From: Poseidonia sp.
Lineage (GTDB): Archaea > Thermoplasmatota > Poseidoniia > Poseidoniales > Poseidoniaceae
Direction: 5' to 3'
Length of the DNA: 64,000 nt
Assembly (NCBI GenBank): GCA_030827475.1
Contig: JAUREJ010000005.1
Coordinates: 2,128 to 66,127, forward strand
The notes below the pieces were generated by a model. The model was given only the letters and a program-made list of their open reading frames with translations. It made no database searches and had not been told where the DNA came from. Both the position numbers and the translations under genes were made by a program. Below are positions 10,203-19,806 of the stretch, piece after piece. Position 1 is the stretch's first letter; every line of letters starts with the position of its first letter.

Positions 10203-10517
10203 ATGGGCCAATCCATGGTCACTATTGTGCAGGACGACTGCACCGGTTGCGATCTCTGCATCTATCACTGCCCGTTTGAAGCCCTCCTTCCTTTGGTTGA
10301 GAACCCCCCCGGACGCCGACATGCAAAACGGCCTGTGGTCGTCGAGGAAAATCGGTGTGTTGGTTGCTTGTCATGTATTGGTTCGTGCCCAACCGATGCG
10401 CTACATGAGATAGCGGTCCCACCCATTGCTTTGGAATCTCCCCTCCTGCAGACAAACGTACCTCAAGCGACGGTGCCCGTTCTTCGTTGGAAAAAACGGG
10501 CCACACGATGGGCATGA
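10203..10517 (+). CDS. 2x[4Fe-4S] ferredoxin-domain protein
   Basis: Two CxxCxxCxxxCP clusters: CTGCDLCIYHCP and CVGCLSCIGSCP. Confidence 0.75.
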   Translation: MGQSMVTIVQDDCTGCDLCIYHCPFEALLPLVENPPGRRHAKRPVVVEENRCVGCLSCIGSCPTDALHEIAVPPIALESPLLQTNVPQATVPVLRWKKRATRWA

Positions 10518-10591
10518 TGTATTTTTTAAAGAGCGGAACAATTAAAGTAAGAATATTCGCCCTCTCACACTCATAGGGCGTGAGAGGAAGA

Positions 10592-13500
10592 ATGGCTGAG
10601 ATTGAGTATTTGGATTCTCCACTCGAATCCGATGTCTTGTACGAGCGCTTGTGTGCTCCTGTTCGCAACTGGTTTCGGGATAAATTTCCTGATTTCACCA
10701 GGCCGCAAAAACTCGCCATTCCTGCCATCATGGAACAAAAACACCTCTTGTTGTGTTCGCCTACGGGGTCGGGAAAAACGCTCACGGCTTTTTTGAGCGT
10801 TATCGACCAACTGGTTAGGCTTGCATTGGATAAAAAATTGGAAAAAAAGGTGTATGCGATCTACATCTCGCCCATCAAGGCCCTCGCCAACGACATCCAG
10901 CGAAACTTGATCGGCCCGCTTGAAGAAATCAAAGCCAATTATCTGCCCGACCGAGCCCAAGAGATACGCGTCGGCTTGCGTACCGGAGATACCTCCCAAT
11001 CGGACCGTCAAAAGATGCTGCGAAACCCCCCCCATATCCTCATCACCACACCTGAAAGCCTTGCCATCGCCATCACCTCTCCACGTTTCCAACCCATCAT
11101 CAGCGAAGTCGAATACATGATCCTCGACGAACTGCATTCCATGGTGCCGACCAAACGCGGTGTCCATTTGTCCTTGACCCTCTCCTTGCTCGATTCTTTG
11201 CTCAAGAACCCGGTTCAGCGCATCGGCATCTCAGCCACCATGGAGCCCTTGGAAACGGTCGCTGAATATCTTGTGAGCAGCGATGACCGAGAGGCTCGTA
11301 GCCAAAACAGCGCGGTTTCGATTGCTAAAATATCTGGTTCTCGTGAACTTGATTTGGACATTCTCATCACCCATCCAAAGTTTAGCGATTTACCTGTCTT
11401 GAAAATCCTGGAATACAACATCGAAGCTATCGCCGACTTGATCAGCGCGCACACCACCACGCTCGTGTTCGCCAACACGAGAAAAATGACCGAAACCATC
11501 GTGCAAAAACTAAGGCCGTTCCTCGGGGATTTGGTTGCCGGACATCACGGTTCGATGGACAAGAACATCCGGTTGGACGTTGAAAAGCGTTTGAAATACG
11601 GCCACCTTCGTGCGGTTGTCACCTCATCGTCCTTGGAAATGGGTATCGATATTGGGTCGGTGGATTTGGTGCTTCAAGTTGGTAGCCCCGGTGATATCGC
11701 CACCGCTCTCCAGCGGATCGGACGAGCAGGCCACCACGTAGGGGGCATCCCAAGGGCCCGTTTCCTGCCGCAAAGCGTGGATGATTTGTTGGAACTCGCT
11801 GCGCTCCAAGCAGCGATTCAAACCGGAGACATGGACCGATTGGACTTCCCGCAAAATTGCCTGGATGTGGTGGCTCAATTCATCATCGGATTGGTGATTA
11901 TCAACGACCTCGATATCGACGAAGCCTTCGAAATCATCGTCAATTCTTGGTCGTATCGAAATTTCGAGTACGACGACTTCATCGAAGTTTTGGACATGCT
12001 CGAAGAAGAACGCCGCATTTGGGTGGATTGGGAAGAAAACATCTTCGGAAAGCGCGGTTATTCAAGAATGATTTACTACACGAACATCGGAACAATCGCC
12101 CCAGATAATTCGTACCTGGTGTTTAACGCAGAAGGCTCAATCTTGGGCAAACTTTCGGGTTCGTTCGTATCAAATTTGAGAACCGGTGACGTCATCTTGT
12201 TGGGTGGTTCGACCTACAGGGTCACCAACATCCAAGGAACCCGCGTGAACGTCACGAGCGTTACAGGGCACAGACCCACCATCCCATCGTGGTCCGGAGA
12301 GGCACGCAGTAGAAGCCGCGAGTTGTCCAAAGCCCTTCAGGACCTCATCGGGCATTGTATGGTGTCGCTGCGTCGTGAAAGCGACCCGAGGTTGCTTCTG
12401 CGCGACGTCTACGGACTTTCAAACGAAGTCGCCAACGCCATCGCTCGCCACCTTGAGGAGCATTCCTTGGATTCGTTCCAAGTCCCCGACCCTCATCGTA
12501 TCTTGATTGAACAGGTTGTCAGCGGTTCGTTCCCTACCTACATGATCACCACATGCAGAGGCCGTGGCTTCAACACCGCCCTTGGATACTTCATGGCCGG
12601 TCTTGCTGAGGCCAACAGCATCAACGTCATCGAGATGTCCTTTGACGAAAACGGATTGTTGCTGAAAACGTCTCAAGAGGTTGACCCCGGGTCAATGTAC
12701 ACCGCATTCCGGGACAACAATCACATCGATGTCATCGAACGGTACATCATCAACACCCAAATATTTGCAAAACGGTTCAGGGAGGTTTCCGGTCGCTCGC
12801 TCATCATCCCCAAAAGGATGGGTGCAGAAGAAATCAGCCCTCAACAATTCCAGCAGCGAGCCGATGCGCTTCTTCAGAAACACCGAAGCATGGATGGCAG
12901 CCTTTTGATGCGGGAAGCCAAAAACGAAATTCTCTTTGGCGATATTGACCTCATCGGCCTTGAACAATTCCTTGAGGCCTGCAGCACCGGGTCTGCTCGC
13001 ATCGTCCACACCAAGGTCGTGGTCCCTTCGAGGTTGGGCATGTCGTTGTTCATGTCGGCGTTTGAAGATTTGATGTCCATGAAAACTCGGGCGTTCTTGG
13101 TCAAGGACATTGACCCTTCCATCCTCCAACGCCTCTTGGGAACTCGGTCCCTCGCCACCGAACTGTCAAGCGAACAATTGACGGAGTATTATCTCGGGAA
13201 GGCACCGGTTCCGACCAATGCACGGGAACTGCACCATTTGATGAGCCACGGTGGTGGGCTCGACCGCCAATTCAACAACCCGTTGTACCGTGAGAAATTG
13301 AACGAGGTGTCCTTGGAAACCATCCGAGGTTGGGTAGAGGAACTCTGTCAGGCTGGCAAAATAACCAAGCTTGAGGGTACGGGTCAGGATGAATTGGATG
13401 GGAAATGGTTCACGCCTTATATGGCCGAAATTCACGGAACCCTCGGTTGCTTGGCTGTTGCCGGTGGAAAAGACGTCGAGAATCTTCTCGAATTGCACAC

Positions 13501-15874
13501 GCGTGGTCTCACCTACAACATCGCAACCAAGTTTGACGGGACAAAACCCGTTGAATGGGAAGAACGCGAGCTCGGCGACCCGCAGGAAGCTTTGCGCGTG
13601 AAGGTCATTGAAACGCTCGGTTCTGAGGGACCCAAATCCTCGGAGGAACTGGTAGAGCGGTTGCCGTTCCCTCAGGGCTTGATCGAAAGAGCCCTGCATG
13701 AACTTGAAGGGCGAAATGTCATTTCTGTCGGGTTTTTCACCCAAACCAACGATGCAGAATACATCCTGAAAATCGACGAACACCGTTTGACGGGTGGCGA
13801 AGAAGAAGTCGTTGAGTACCGCTGGATTCAAAATATGGTTTTGGAGAAATCATTCCATCAATATCCTGACAGTTTTACAGCGTTCAACGAACATGTTTTG
13901 TTCCAAAAACAACAGGAATTGCTCTACCGAGTCGACCAATTTGCCTTCAATGATTGGTCCGACGTTCAACTTGATTCGGATGTCATCATGGGCCGTCTGC
14001 TCCACAACCGAATCGGTTACACGACCAAAGGAAACATCCCTGTGCTCCTCGGCTTGAAACCCGAGCCCTACATCGGTCCGATGGAAGAGGAAATCCTAAC
14101 AAAAATTCCAGCTGGTGAAAATGTCACGCGGCAGGAGATCATGGCGAGTTATCCGAAAGGCGACGAGCATCGGGCACTTCAGCGAGATCTGAAAAATGCC
14201 TTGAACAACTTGGAGCGGCAAATGCTTGTTGTGAAACAATTCGAAGATATCGCCGGGCGCCGCCGCCGTCTTTCCTTGTTCCATCGCGTGGCAGATGTGT
14301 ACGAACCGCTTTCTTTTGAAGACGCATTGGTCGAAGTTGTCCGGAGAATGGGGCCTGTCAAGGCGAGTACCCTGCGCTTCTACGTGTCACGGTCCTTTGA
14401 GGAACTCACGGTCGCCCTCATGAACCTGGAACATGAAGGGCGCATCGCCAAGGTCATGGCCTTGGTACCCGAACCCGAGGCATTCTACTGTGCGCCTGAT
14501 GAGGTTGATGAACTTCAACGTCCACGGCGGGAAGACAGAACCGTTCGAATCCTCACCCAATCCGATCCTTATGTTTCTCGTTTCATATGGGAAGTCAGGA
14601 GTGTCCTTGACCGCGGCTGGTATTTGCCGATTTTCAAAGGGGTAGACCCCATCGGGAAGGTCCTGATGTTCAAGGTCAACGATTACTTGGAAATCAAAGA
14701 CCTGCATGTCCCAACTGCGTATCTGGATGAATTCTGCCAAGCGTTTGAGTTGTTGCTTGAAAATCATGCTGCTCAACTGGTGGATGTATCGGTGTTGTCG
14801 AATTTCAACAGCGAACCCATTACTTCACTTGACCAAACCACACGAGAGGCTCTTGAACGCATTGGATTCAAGGTGACGGGTGAGCGAATGATCAGGGGTG
14901 CCGTGGTGGACCCGCAACCCCGAGAAATCGCCGAACGAGCCTTGTTCCATCAGCACCATTTGCACCAAAACACGCGTCTTGAAAACGAGATTTTAGCACT
15001 GAAGCATGTGGACGAAATTCGGGATGATTTTGCGTTGCGAGGACGTGCTGAACTCTACCGGGTCGATCTGAAGAGCATGGCGAGTGCCCATCGTCTCCAC
15101 CACGGCATCAACCTGAGGGGTCACCAAGTTTGGGCGAGTTACGAACATTTCCAAAACATCCTCGCCATACGCAACCAACCACCCGATGAAGAACTCATCG
15201 ATATCATTGAGTTCTTTAGCAACCACTCCGACCCGAATTTGTTCAAAGAACGGCATGCCCTTTCTCAATCTGAATTCCGTAAATTGATTCAACCGTTGAT
15301 GAAGACGGGGCACATCGTTCAAGATTTCCGTGGCGGATTCCGCAGTGTTTTTGTCGCCGAAGGTGTCGATCGCGCTGAATTGCGGAAAGAGTACATCCGG
15401 CGTTTGGTGGAAAAATACCCCGTCATTACCCTTCGTCAGTTGACTCAACTCGCTGGCCCCTCGTTCAAGCCGGAGGAGCTCAAGGCCGTTTTGAATGGCT
15501 TTGAAGAGGACGAGACCCTCATCAAGGGCTTCTTGATCAAAGATTTTCATCAGGTTTGTTGGGGCAGGAAATCCTTGCTTCAAGATGCCAAATCCATTCC
15601 ATCAATACGGGATTTCGTTCTCCCTCCTTCCGACCCAATCGCTCCTTACTTCACGGACATCATGAAGGAGAGGTTCGGTTTCGGTTCGGCATATTTGGTG
15701 TTCAAAAATGCTGAACCGGTGGCTGCGTTCAAGGCCAACACCCGAAACAAAATCATTGACGTCAAGGATTTCGAAGGCTCCGAAAAAGCCTGGCGCATCG
15801 TGAAGGAATTTGCTTGGGAACACCAAATGCCGCTGCAAACCGAACTCCGCATTGGTGGGAAGAAACTGGACTGA
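10592..15874 (+). CDS. lhr: Lhr-family large ATP-dependent helicase with a long C-terminal extension
   Basis: SF2 motifs: PTGSGKTL, ILDELH, SATM, TSSLEMGIDIG, QRIGRAGH. The Lhr-type core covers the first ~900 aa, followed by ~860 aa of winged-helix-like modules. An ATG at 10592 lies 12 nt inside the GTG-opened ORF at 10580. Confidence 0.85.
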   Translation: MAEIEYLDSPLESDVLYERLCAPVRNWFRDKFPDFTRPQKLAIPAIMEQKHLLLCSPTGSGKTLTAFLSVIDQLVRLALDKKLEKKVYAIYISPIKALANDIQRNLIGPLEEIKANYLPDRAQEIRVGLRTGDTSQSDRQKMLRNPPHILITTPESLAIAITSPRFQPIISEVEYMILDELHSMVPTKRGVHLSLTLSLLDSLLKNPVQRIGISATMEPLETVAEYLVSSDDREARSQNSAVSIAKISGSRELDLDILITHPKFSDLPVLKILEYNIEAIADLISAHTTTLVFANTRKMTETIVQKLRPFLGDLVAGHHGSMDKNIRLDVEKRLKYGHLRAVVTSSSLEMGIDIGSVDLVLQVGSPGDIATALQRIGRAGHHVGGIPRARFLPQSVDDLLELAALQAAIQTGDMDRLDFPQNCLDVVAQFIIGLVIINDLDIDEAFEIIVNSWSYRNFEYDDFIEVLDMLEEERRIWVDWEENIFGKRGYSRMIYYTNIGTIAPDNSYLVFNAEGSILGKLSGSFVSNLRTGDVILLGGSTYRVTNIQGTRVNVTSVTGHRPTIPSWSGEARSRSRELSKALQDLIGHCMVSLRRESDPRLLLRDVYGLSNEVANAIARHLEEHSLDSFQVPDPHRILIEQVVSGSFPTYMITTCRGRGFNTALGYFMAGLAEANSINVIEMSFDENGLLLKTSQEVDPGSMYTAFRDNNHIDVIERYIINTQIFAKRFREVSGRSLIIPKRMGAEEISPQQFQQRADALLQKHRSMDGSLLMREAKNEILFGDIDLIGLEQFLEACSTGSARIVHTKVVVPSRLGMSLFMSAFEDLMSMKTRAFLVKDIDPSILQRLLGTRSLATELSSEQLTEYYLGKAPVPTNARELHHLMSHGGGLDRQFNNPLYREKLNEVSLETIRGWVEELCQAGKITKLEGTGQDELDGKWFTPYMAEIHGTLGCLAVAGGKDVENLLELHTRGLTYNIATKFDGTKPVEWEERELGDPQEALRVKVIETLGSEGPKSSEELVERLPFPQGLIERALHELEGRNVISVGFFTQTNDAEYILKIDEHRLTGGEEEVVEYRWIQNMVLEKSFHQYPDSFTAFNEHVLFQKQQELLYRVDQFAFNDWSDVQLDSDVIMGRLLHNRIGYTTKGNIPVLLGLKPEPYIGPMEEEILTKIPAGENVTRQEIMASYPKGDEHRALQRDLKNALNNLERQMLVVKQFEDIAGRRRRLSLFHRVADVYEPLSFEDALVEVVRRMGPVKASTLRFYVSRSFEELTVALMNLEHEGRIAKVMALVPEPEAFYCAPDEVDELQRPRREDRTVRILTQSDPYVSRFIWEVRSVLDRGWYLPIFKGVDPIGKVLMFKVNDYLEIKDLHVPTAYLDEFCQAFELLLENHAAQLVDVSVLSNFNSEPITSLDQTTREALERIGFKVTGERMIRGAVVDPQPREIAERALFHQHHLHQNTRLENEILALKHVDEIRDDFALRGRAELYRVDLKSMASAHRLHHGINLRGHQVWASYEHFQNILAIRNQPPDEELIDIIEFFSNHSDPNLFKERHALSQSEFRKLIQPLMKTGHIVQDFRGGFRSVFVAEGVDRAELRKEYIRRLVEKYPVITLRQLTQLAGPSFKPEELKAVLNGFEEDETLIKGFLIKDFHQVCWGRKSLLQDAKSIPSIRDFVLPPSDPIAPYFTDIMKERFGFGSAYLVFKNAEPVAAFKANTRNKIIDVKDFEGSEKAWRIVKEFAWEHQMPLQTELRIGGKKLD

Positions 15875-15884
15875 TCAAAACCAC

Positions 15885-15889
15885 TTTTT
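15885..15889 (+). terminator. Oligo-T tract downstream of lhr (possible archaeal intrinsic terminator)
   Basis: TTTTT lies 11 nt after the lhr stop codon. Archaeal RNAP commonly terminates at T-runs. Confidence 0.25.
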
Positions 15890-16101
15890 CTGGGCCCGGC
15901 CAAGGCGCATGGACTCGTTGAACGAGGTAAACCTGAATTCACAAGCGGACGTATCGCGCATGGGCTTTGCCTCATGCCTCAATATCAACGCGCCATTTTC
16001 TTTGATTTGACAAATTGAAGAGGGGATTGTACCTATTTCGCCGTTCAGGTGCAAAGCGATTTACCAACTCGTTAATAGTGGAGTGCCGTTTAGTTTTGGA
16101 C

Positions 16102-19100
16102 ATGAAGAAGGCACTTTGCATACTTTTTCTTTTTCTTTTCAGTCTTGCGACACCCGTTCTGAACACTTCCGCCGAAGAGACCGGTCAGGGGATGGAAGTG
16201 CTTCACACCGCCATCAATCCCGCCAATAACAACACCTACCACCTTCTTTCCTCCTCCTCGTGGACCGACGCAGCTTCCTATGCTCAATCGCTTGGTGGTT
16301 TTCTCGTAACCGTGGACGACAGCGACGAAAACACCTGGTTGTTTGAGACGTTTGGCACATGGGGAAATCAATCTCGACACCTCTGGATTGGTTTGAACGA
16401 TGCAGCCGATGAAGGGCAGTTCAAGTGGCACGATGGTACGCCGTTTTTCTACCGCTCTTGGGGCGACGCCCAGCCCTCCGAGGGAGGGGATGAAGATTAC
16501 GTTCACATCACAGGAACGAACATGGGGAACATCGACCCGGGAACTTGGAACGATTTGGAAAACGACCCACAATACTTCCCGGTCTATGGTGTGGTCGAAA
16601 TCGGACCCGGAGCAGATTATGCTCTCCGCTTTGACGGGGAGTCCGACCACGTGCTTGTTCAGGACGATAGCGGGCTCGACACGAGCAACGACTCCAGCCT
16701 CGTTATCTCGGCTTGGGTTCATCCGTTTTCCGTTCAAGGGAATCAATTCATCATGATGAAAGGTGATTACGGATGGGGGCTTTACCTCAGCGACGACCGT
16801 GTCGCCTTCGCATCGGAATACAGCCTTGCCCGTCATCCTACCTCAAACGGAAGTGTTCAGGCAAATGTTTGGACCTTGGTGGGTGTTGAAGTTACGCGAG
16901 GTGTGGGTTACACCTTCTCCATCAACGGGGAAGAGGCGGGTACGGTGCTGGACGAGGATGCCGATATTCCCCTCGGCGACTTTGGCTCGAACGATTGTTT
17001 TGAGCAAGGATTGGCTTGCGATGAACTCTACATTGGTCGGATGGGTGCCGGTTGCGATTGTGCACATTTCGAGGGTCTTCTCGACAACATCACCGTGCTC
17101 GCTGGGAACAACCTCTCCAACCTCGAAGAGCGAACAGCGTGGATGTTTGGTGAGGGAGAGGGTGCGACAACGCAAGACAGCGTGGCTAACCGAACTGCGA
17201 CCATCCACGGGGCGGACTGGGTGATGCCCGATGGAAGCATCGTAGCCCAGGCCGTTGAACTGAAAATGGGCGAAGAGCATTTGGTTGAGGGCGCCTCCGA
17301 AGGCGACACCCTACTGTTTTTCAGCGACGTAGAAACGTACACTCGGACGTTGTCGTGGTTCTCCTCGTCGTGGATGTTTGACGATTGGAACGATGACATG
17401 GAATCAATGTTTACGGTTTACGTAGGCTTCAATCAAGTTCCGGACAGGTGGGTGAACAACGGCTCGTTCTCGGATGATTTTGGCTTCGCATATCAAGAAT
17501 GGTCGTGGCCGGATGAAGGTACGATTTGGTTTGTTATGGTCGTTGAATCCCCGATCGGGGAACTCTACATCTCTCTGGACGCGGATGTGGCTGACCCTCC
17601 TCCGACGCTCGAAGACATGACCGAACTCAAGGAGAGCATCGCTGTCACCAATCAAGAGGTGGGAGCGAATTTTGATAGCGGTCAAGGTTACGGTGCTCTG
17701 TACTATTACGTCAACGTCACCGAACCTCTGGCAGACCTCAGAATTCGCACCTACGGCGGACGGGGGGATGTTGACCTCGGTATTTCCTATTACAGCCCAC
17801 CTGCTCCAGACGATTTCTGGTTTTTTAATGACGGTGATTTTGGAATTTCCCTTGACGGAGAGGCCGAAAAGAGCACCTCAAAATCCGAATGGTCAACCGG
17901 CCCAGGAAACGATGAGGAAGTTCACCTCTACGATGTCCAGCCCGGCATTTACTACATCACGGCATACACCTATCGAAACGCTCGTGGTTTTACCATTCTT
18001 GCCGATTTCATTTACCCTCCAACCAATGTAGAGCCTGCAGATGCCATCACCTTATCGCCGGGCATTGAATACGGCTTGTTGAGCGGATACGATGGACTGA
18101 TGCAATATTTCAAGGTAGACGTCCCTCAAGGCACAGAACGGCTGGTTGTTGAGCTCACGGAGGGTGGCGGCGAGGCCTCTCTCTACATGCGACACGAGCA
18201 GGCACCAACCACAACCGCCTACGACCACCACACGACGACCGCCGGGGTCGGTGACCGTGTGGCATTTAACGACCCAACACCAGGTTGGTGGTACATCCTC
18301 CTCACCACGGATTCAGCATTTAGCGGCGTGAACATTCTTGCTGAATTCGCAGACCGTTATGTCTGGGAGTATAACGGCGTTCCCATTGAACTCTTCAACG
18401 GTGAAACAGTTGAGGGCATTGGCGTTGGAAAACAAGGCAGTGTGTCCTTCTTCGCGATGCTGGACCGTCCAGGGAATTTCTTCCAAGTTGAAACCTACGG
18501 TGGTGTTGGTGATGCACAATTGCTCCTCGAGGGGTCGCAGTACGAGGTTGAGTTTGGTGATTGGGGTAGGCCCATGCAAGATGGCGAGATACAGACCTCC
18601 ACGAACGAGGTCACGTTGAAGAGCGGTGATGATGGAACTCAACATGTTGTACGGTTTGAAGCGCCGATGAACGGGCGAATCAGCATCCAACTGATTGGCA
18701 TTTCCGATGTTGAAGACATCTCCATCGTCGCTCGCTGGGACGTTTCTGAATTCCCAATTGAACCTGTGGAACCGATTGAACCGACCTCCGTTGAAACGTG
18801 TTCCGAGTCGGCTGATGGTATGTTCAGGAAATTGGATCGCAACCTCGATGGCATCCTTACCGAAGAAGAGCGTCAAAGCATCGATGCATCCGAGAGTAAC
18901 CGTCTTGCCATGGACCTCAACGGCGACGATGCGATTGAATACCGAGAATACCTCCAATTCAAATGCACGTGTGACGTTGAATTACAATCCGTTTTTGATG
19001 GCTTTTCAGAGGGCCGTAACACCGTCAGCCTGTCATCGCTTCGTTCTCATACTTGGGCCAACGTCTACGATTTGAACTTGTACGACGCCAACCAAGACGC

Positions 19101-19680
19101 CTTCCTTGACAAAGAGGAACTTGAATTGCTCATCCTGATGTGCGAGACGACGTTTGACGCCTTTGATGGTGACGGTGATGGCGTTCCAGATGAAGACGAT
19201 GCCTTCCCCAACGACCCGACCGAAACCAAGGATACCGATGGTGACGGTGTGGGCGACAATGCCGACATCGTGGCTTCCGTTTCCAACGACATCGTTTACG
19301 CCACAGCAGGAACCCTCATCGTGGTGCTGCTCGGGCTCCTCATGCTGTTTTTGCGAAGCGGTTCGCAAGGTCAGGCGGCGTTGGACAAGGAGTGGGGTGA
19401 TGAGGCTCGCTTTGAGGATGCGGTCTCCAATCAAACAACATCCTTCGATCCCTTTGTGAACGGTGAAAGTGTCCTCGATACACCACCGGTTCTGTCCGAA
19501 ATTACTTCGGCACAACCATTCAATACTGAGGCACGTTCCTCGATGGGTCATGAACCTCCAAACAGGGCGTTGATGGGCATGATGCTGGACGGTGTCGAAA
19601 CCGTTGAACATCCAACGGGAAGTGGACACTTTTGGATTCGTCTCGATCCTGAATCGGATTGGGAAGTCAAGAACCTCTGA
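16102..19680 (+). CDS. Large secreted, membrane-anchored mosaic adhesin-like protein (C-type-lectin-like, LamG-like, 3x PPC-like, EF-hands, thrombospondin type-3-like repeats)
   Basis: Signal peptide MKKALCILFLFLFSLATPVLNTSA. CTLD-like WIGLNDAADEGQFKWHDGTPFFYRSWGDAQPSEGG...WNDLEND. LamG-like LRFDGESDHVLV...ISAWVHP. PPC-like blocks such as YYYVNVTEPLADLRIRTYGGRGDVDLGI. EF-hand loops DRNLDGILTEEE and DLNGDDAIEYREY. DGDGDGVPDEDDAFPNDPTETKDTDGDGVGDNAD. TM segment IVYATAGTLIVVLLGLLMLFL, then a ~110-aa tail. Confidence 0.8.
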   Translation: MKKALCILFLFLFSLATPVLNTSAEETGQGMEVLHTAINPANNNTYHLLSSSSWTDAASYAQSLGGFLVTVDDSDENTWLFETFGTWGNQSRHLWIGLNDAADEGQFKWHDGTPFFYRSWGDAQPSEGGDEDYVHITGTNMGNIDPGTWNDLENDPQYFPVYGVVEIGPGADYALRFDGESDHVLVQDDSGLDTSNDSSLVISAWVHPFSVQGNQFIMMKGDYGWGLYLSDDRVAFASEYSLARHPTSNGSVQANVWTLVGVEVTRGVGYTFSINGEEAGTVLDEDADIPLGDFGSNDCFEQGLACDELYIGRMGAGCDCAHFEGLLDNITVLAGNNLSNLEERTAWMFGEGEGATTQDSVANRTATIHGADWVMPDGSIVAQAVELKMGEEHLVEGASEGDTLLFFSDVETYTRTLSWFSSSWMFDDWNDDMESMFTVYVGFNQVPDRWVNNGSFSDDFGFAYQEWSWPDEGTIWFVMVVESPIGELYISLDADVADPPPTLEDMTELKESIAVTNQEVGANFDSGQGYGALYYYVNVTEPLADLRIRTYGGRGDVDLGISYYSPPAPDDFWFFNDGDFGISLDGEAEKSTSKSEWSTGPGNDEEVHLYDVQPGIYYITAYTYRNARGFTILADFIYPPTNVEPADAITLSPGIEYGLLSGYDGLMQYFKVDVPQGTERLVVELTEGGGEASLYMRHEQAPTTTAYDHHTTTAGVGDRVAFNDPTPGWWYILLTTDSAFSGVNILAEFADRYVWEYNGVPIELFNGETVEGIGVGKQGSVSFFAMLDRPGNFFQVETYGGVGDAQLLLEGSQYEVEFGDWGRPMQDGEIQTSTNEVTLKSGDDGTQHVVRFEAPMNGRISIQLIGISDVEDISIVARWDVSEFPIEPVEPIEPTSVETCSESADGMFRKLDRNLDGILTEEERQSIDASESNRLAMDLNGDDAIEYREYLQFKCTCDVELQSVFDGFSEGRNTVSLSSLRSHTWANVYDLNLYDANQDAFLDKEELELLILMCETTFDAFDGDGDGVPDEDDAFPNDPTETKDTDGDGVGDNADIVASVSNDIVYATAGTLIVVLLGLLMLFLRSGSQGQAALDKEWGDEARFEDAVSNQTTSFDPFVNGESVLDTPPVLSEITSAQPFNTEARSSMGHEPPNRALMGMMLDGVETVEHPTGSGHFWIRLDPESDWEVKNL

Positions 19681-19717
19681 TGGAAGGACTTTAATCCACG
19701 CCCGAGACGGCAAAGTT

Positions 19718-19789
19718 GCCCTTGTAGTGTAGTGGATATCACCCTCGCCTCCGGAGCGAGGAACCCGCGTTCGAATCGCGGCAGGGGCG
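19718..19789 (+). tRNA. tRNA-Arg (anticodon CCG)
   Basis: Hand-folded cloverleaf. Acceptor GCCCTTG/CAGGGGC. Anticodon stem CTCGC/GCGAG with loop CT-CCG-GA. T arm CCGCG-TTCGAAT-CGCGG. No encoded CCA and no intron. Confidence 0.9.
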
Positions 19790-19806
19790 CTTCAGACGGT
19801 TTGACC

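Noticed and set aside
10222-11167. Minus-strand ORFs 10222-10785 (187 aa) and 10571-11167 (198 aa).
   Set aside because: They are antisense to the ferredoxin gene and the start of lhr, both of which have strong family motifs. The antisense products have no motifs.
12692-13831. Long antisense ORFs inside lhr (12692-13129 and 13166-13831).
   Set aside because: These are shadow ORFs in a moderately GC-rich gene. The sense frame is continuous for 1760 codons with helicase motifs.
16090-19713. Antisense ORFs 16090-16836 (248 aa), 18313-18957 (214 aa) and 19033-19713 (226 aa) within the surface-protein gene.
   Set aside because: The sense strand shows clear domain motifs throughout. The antisense translations are motif-free.
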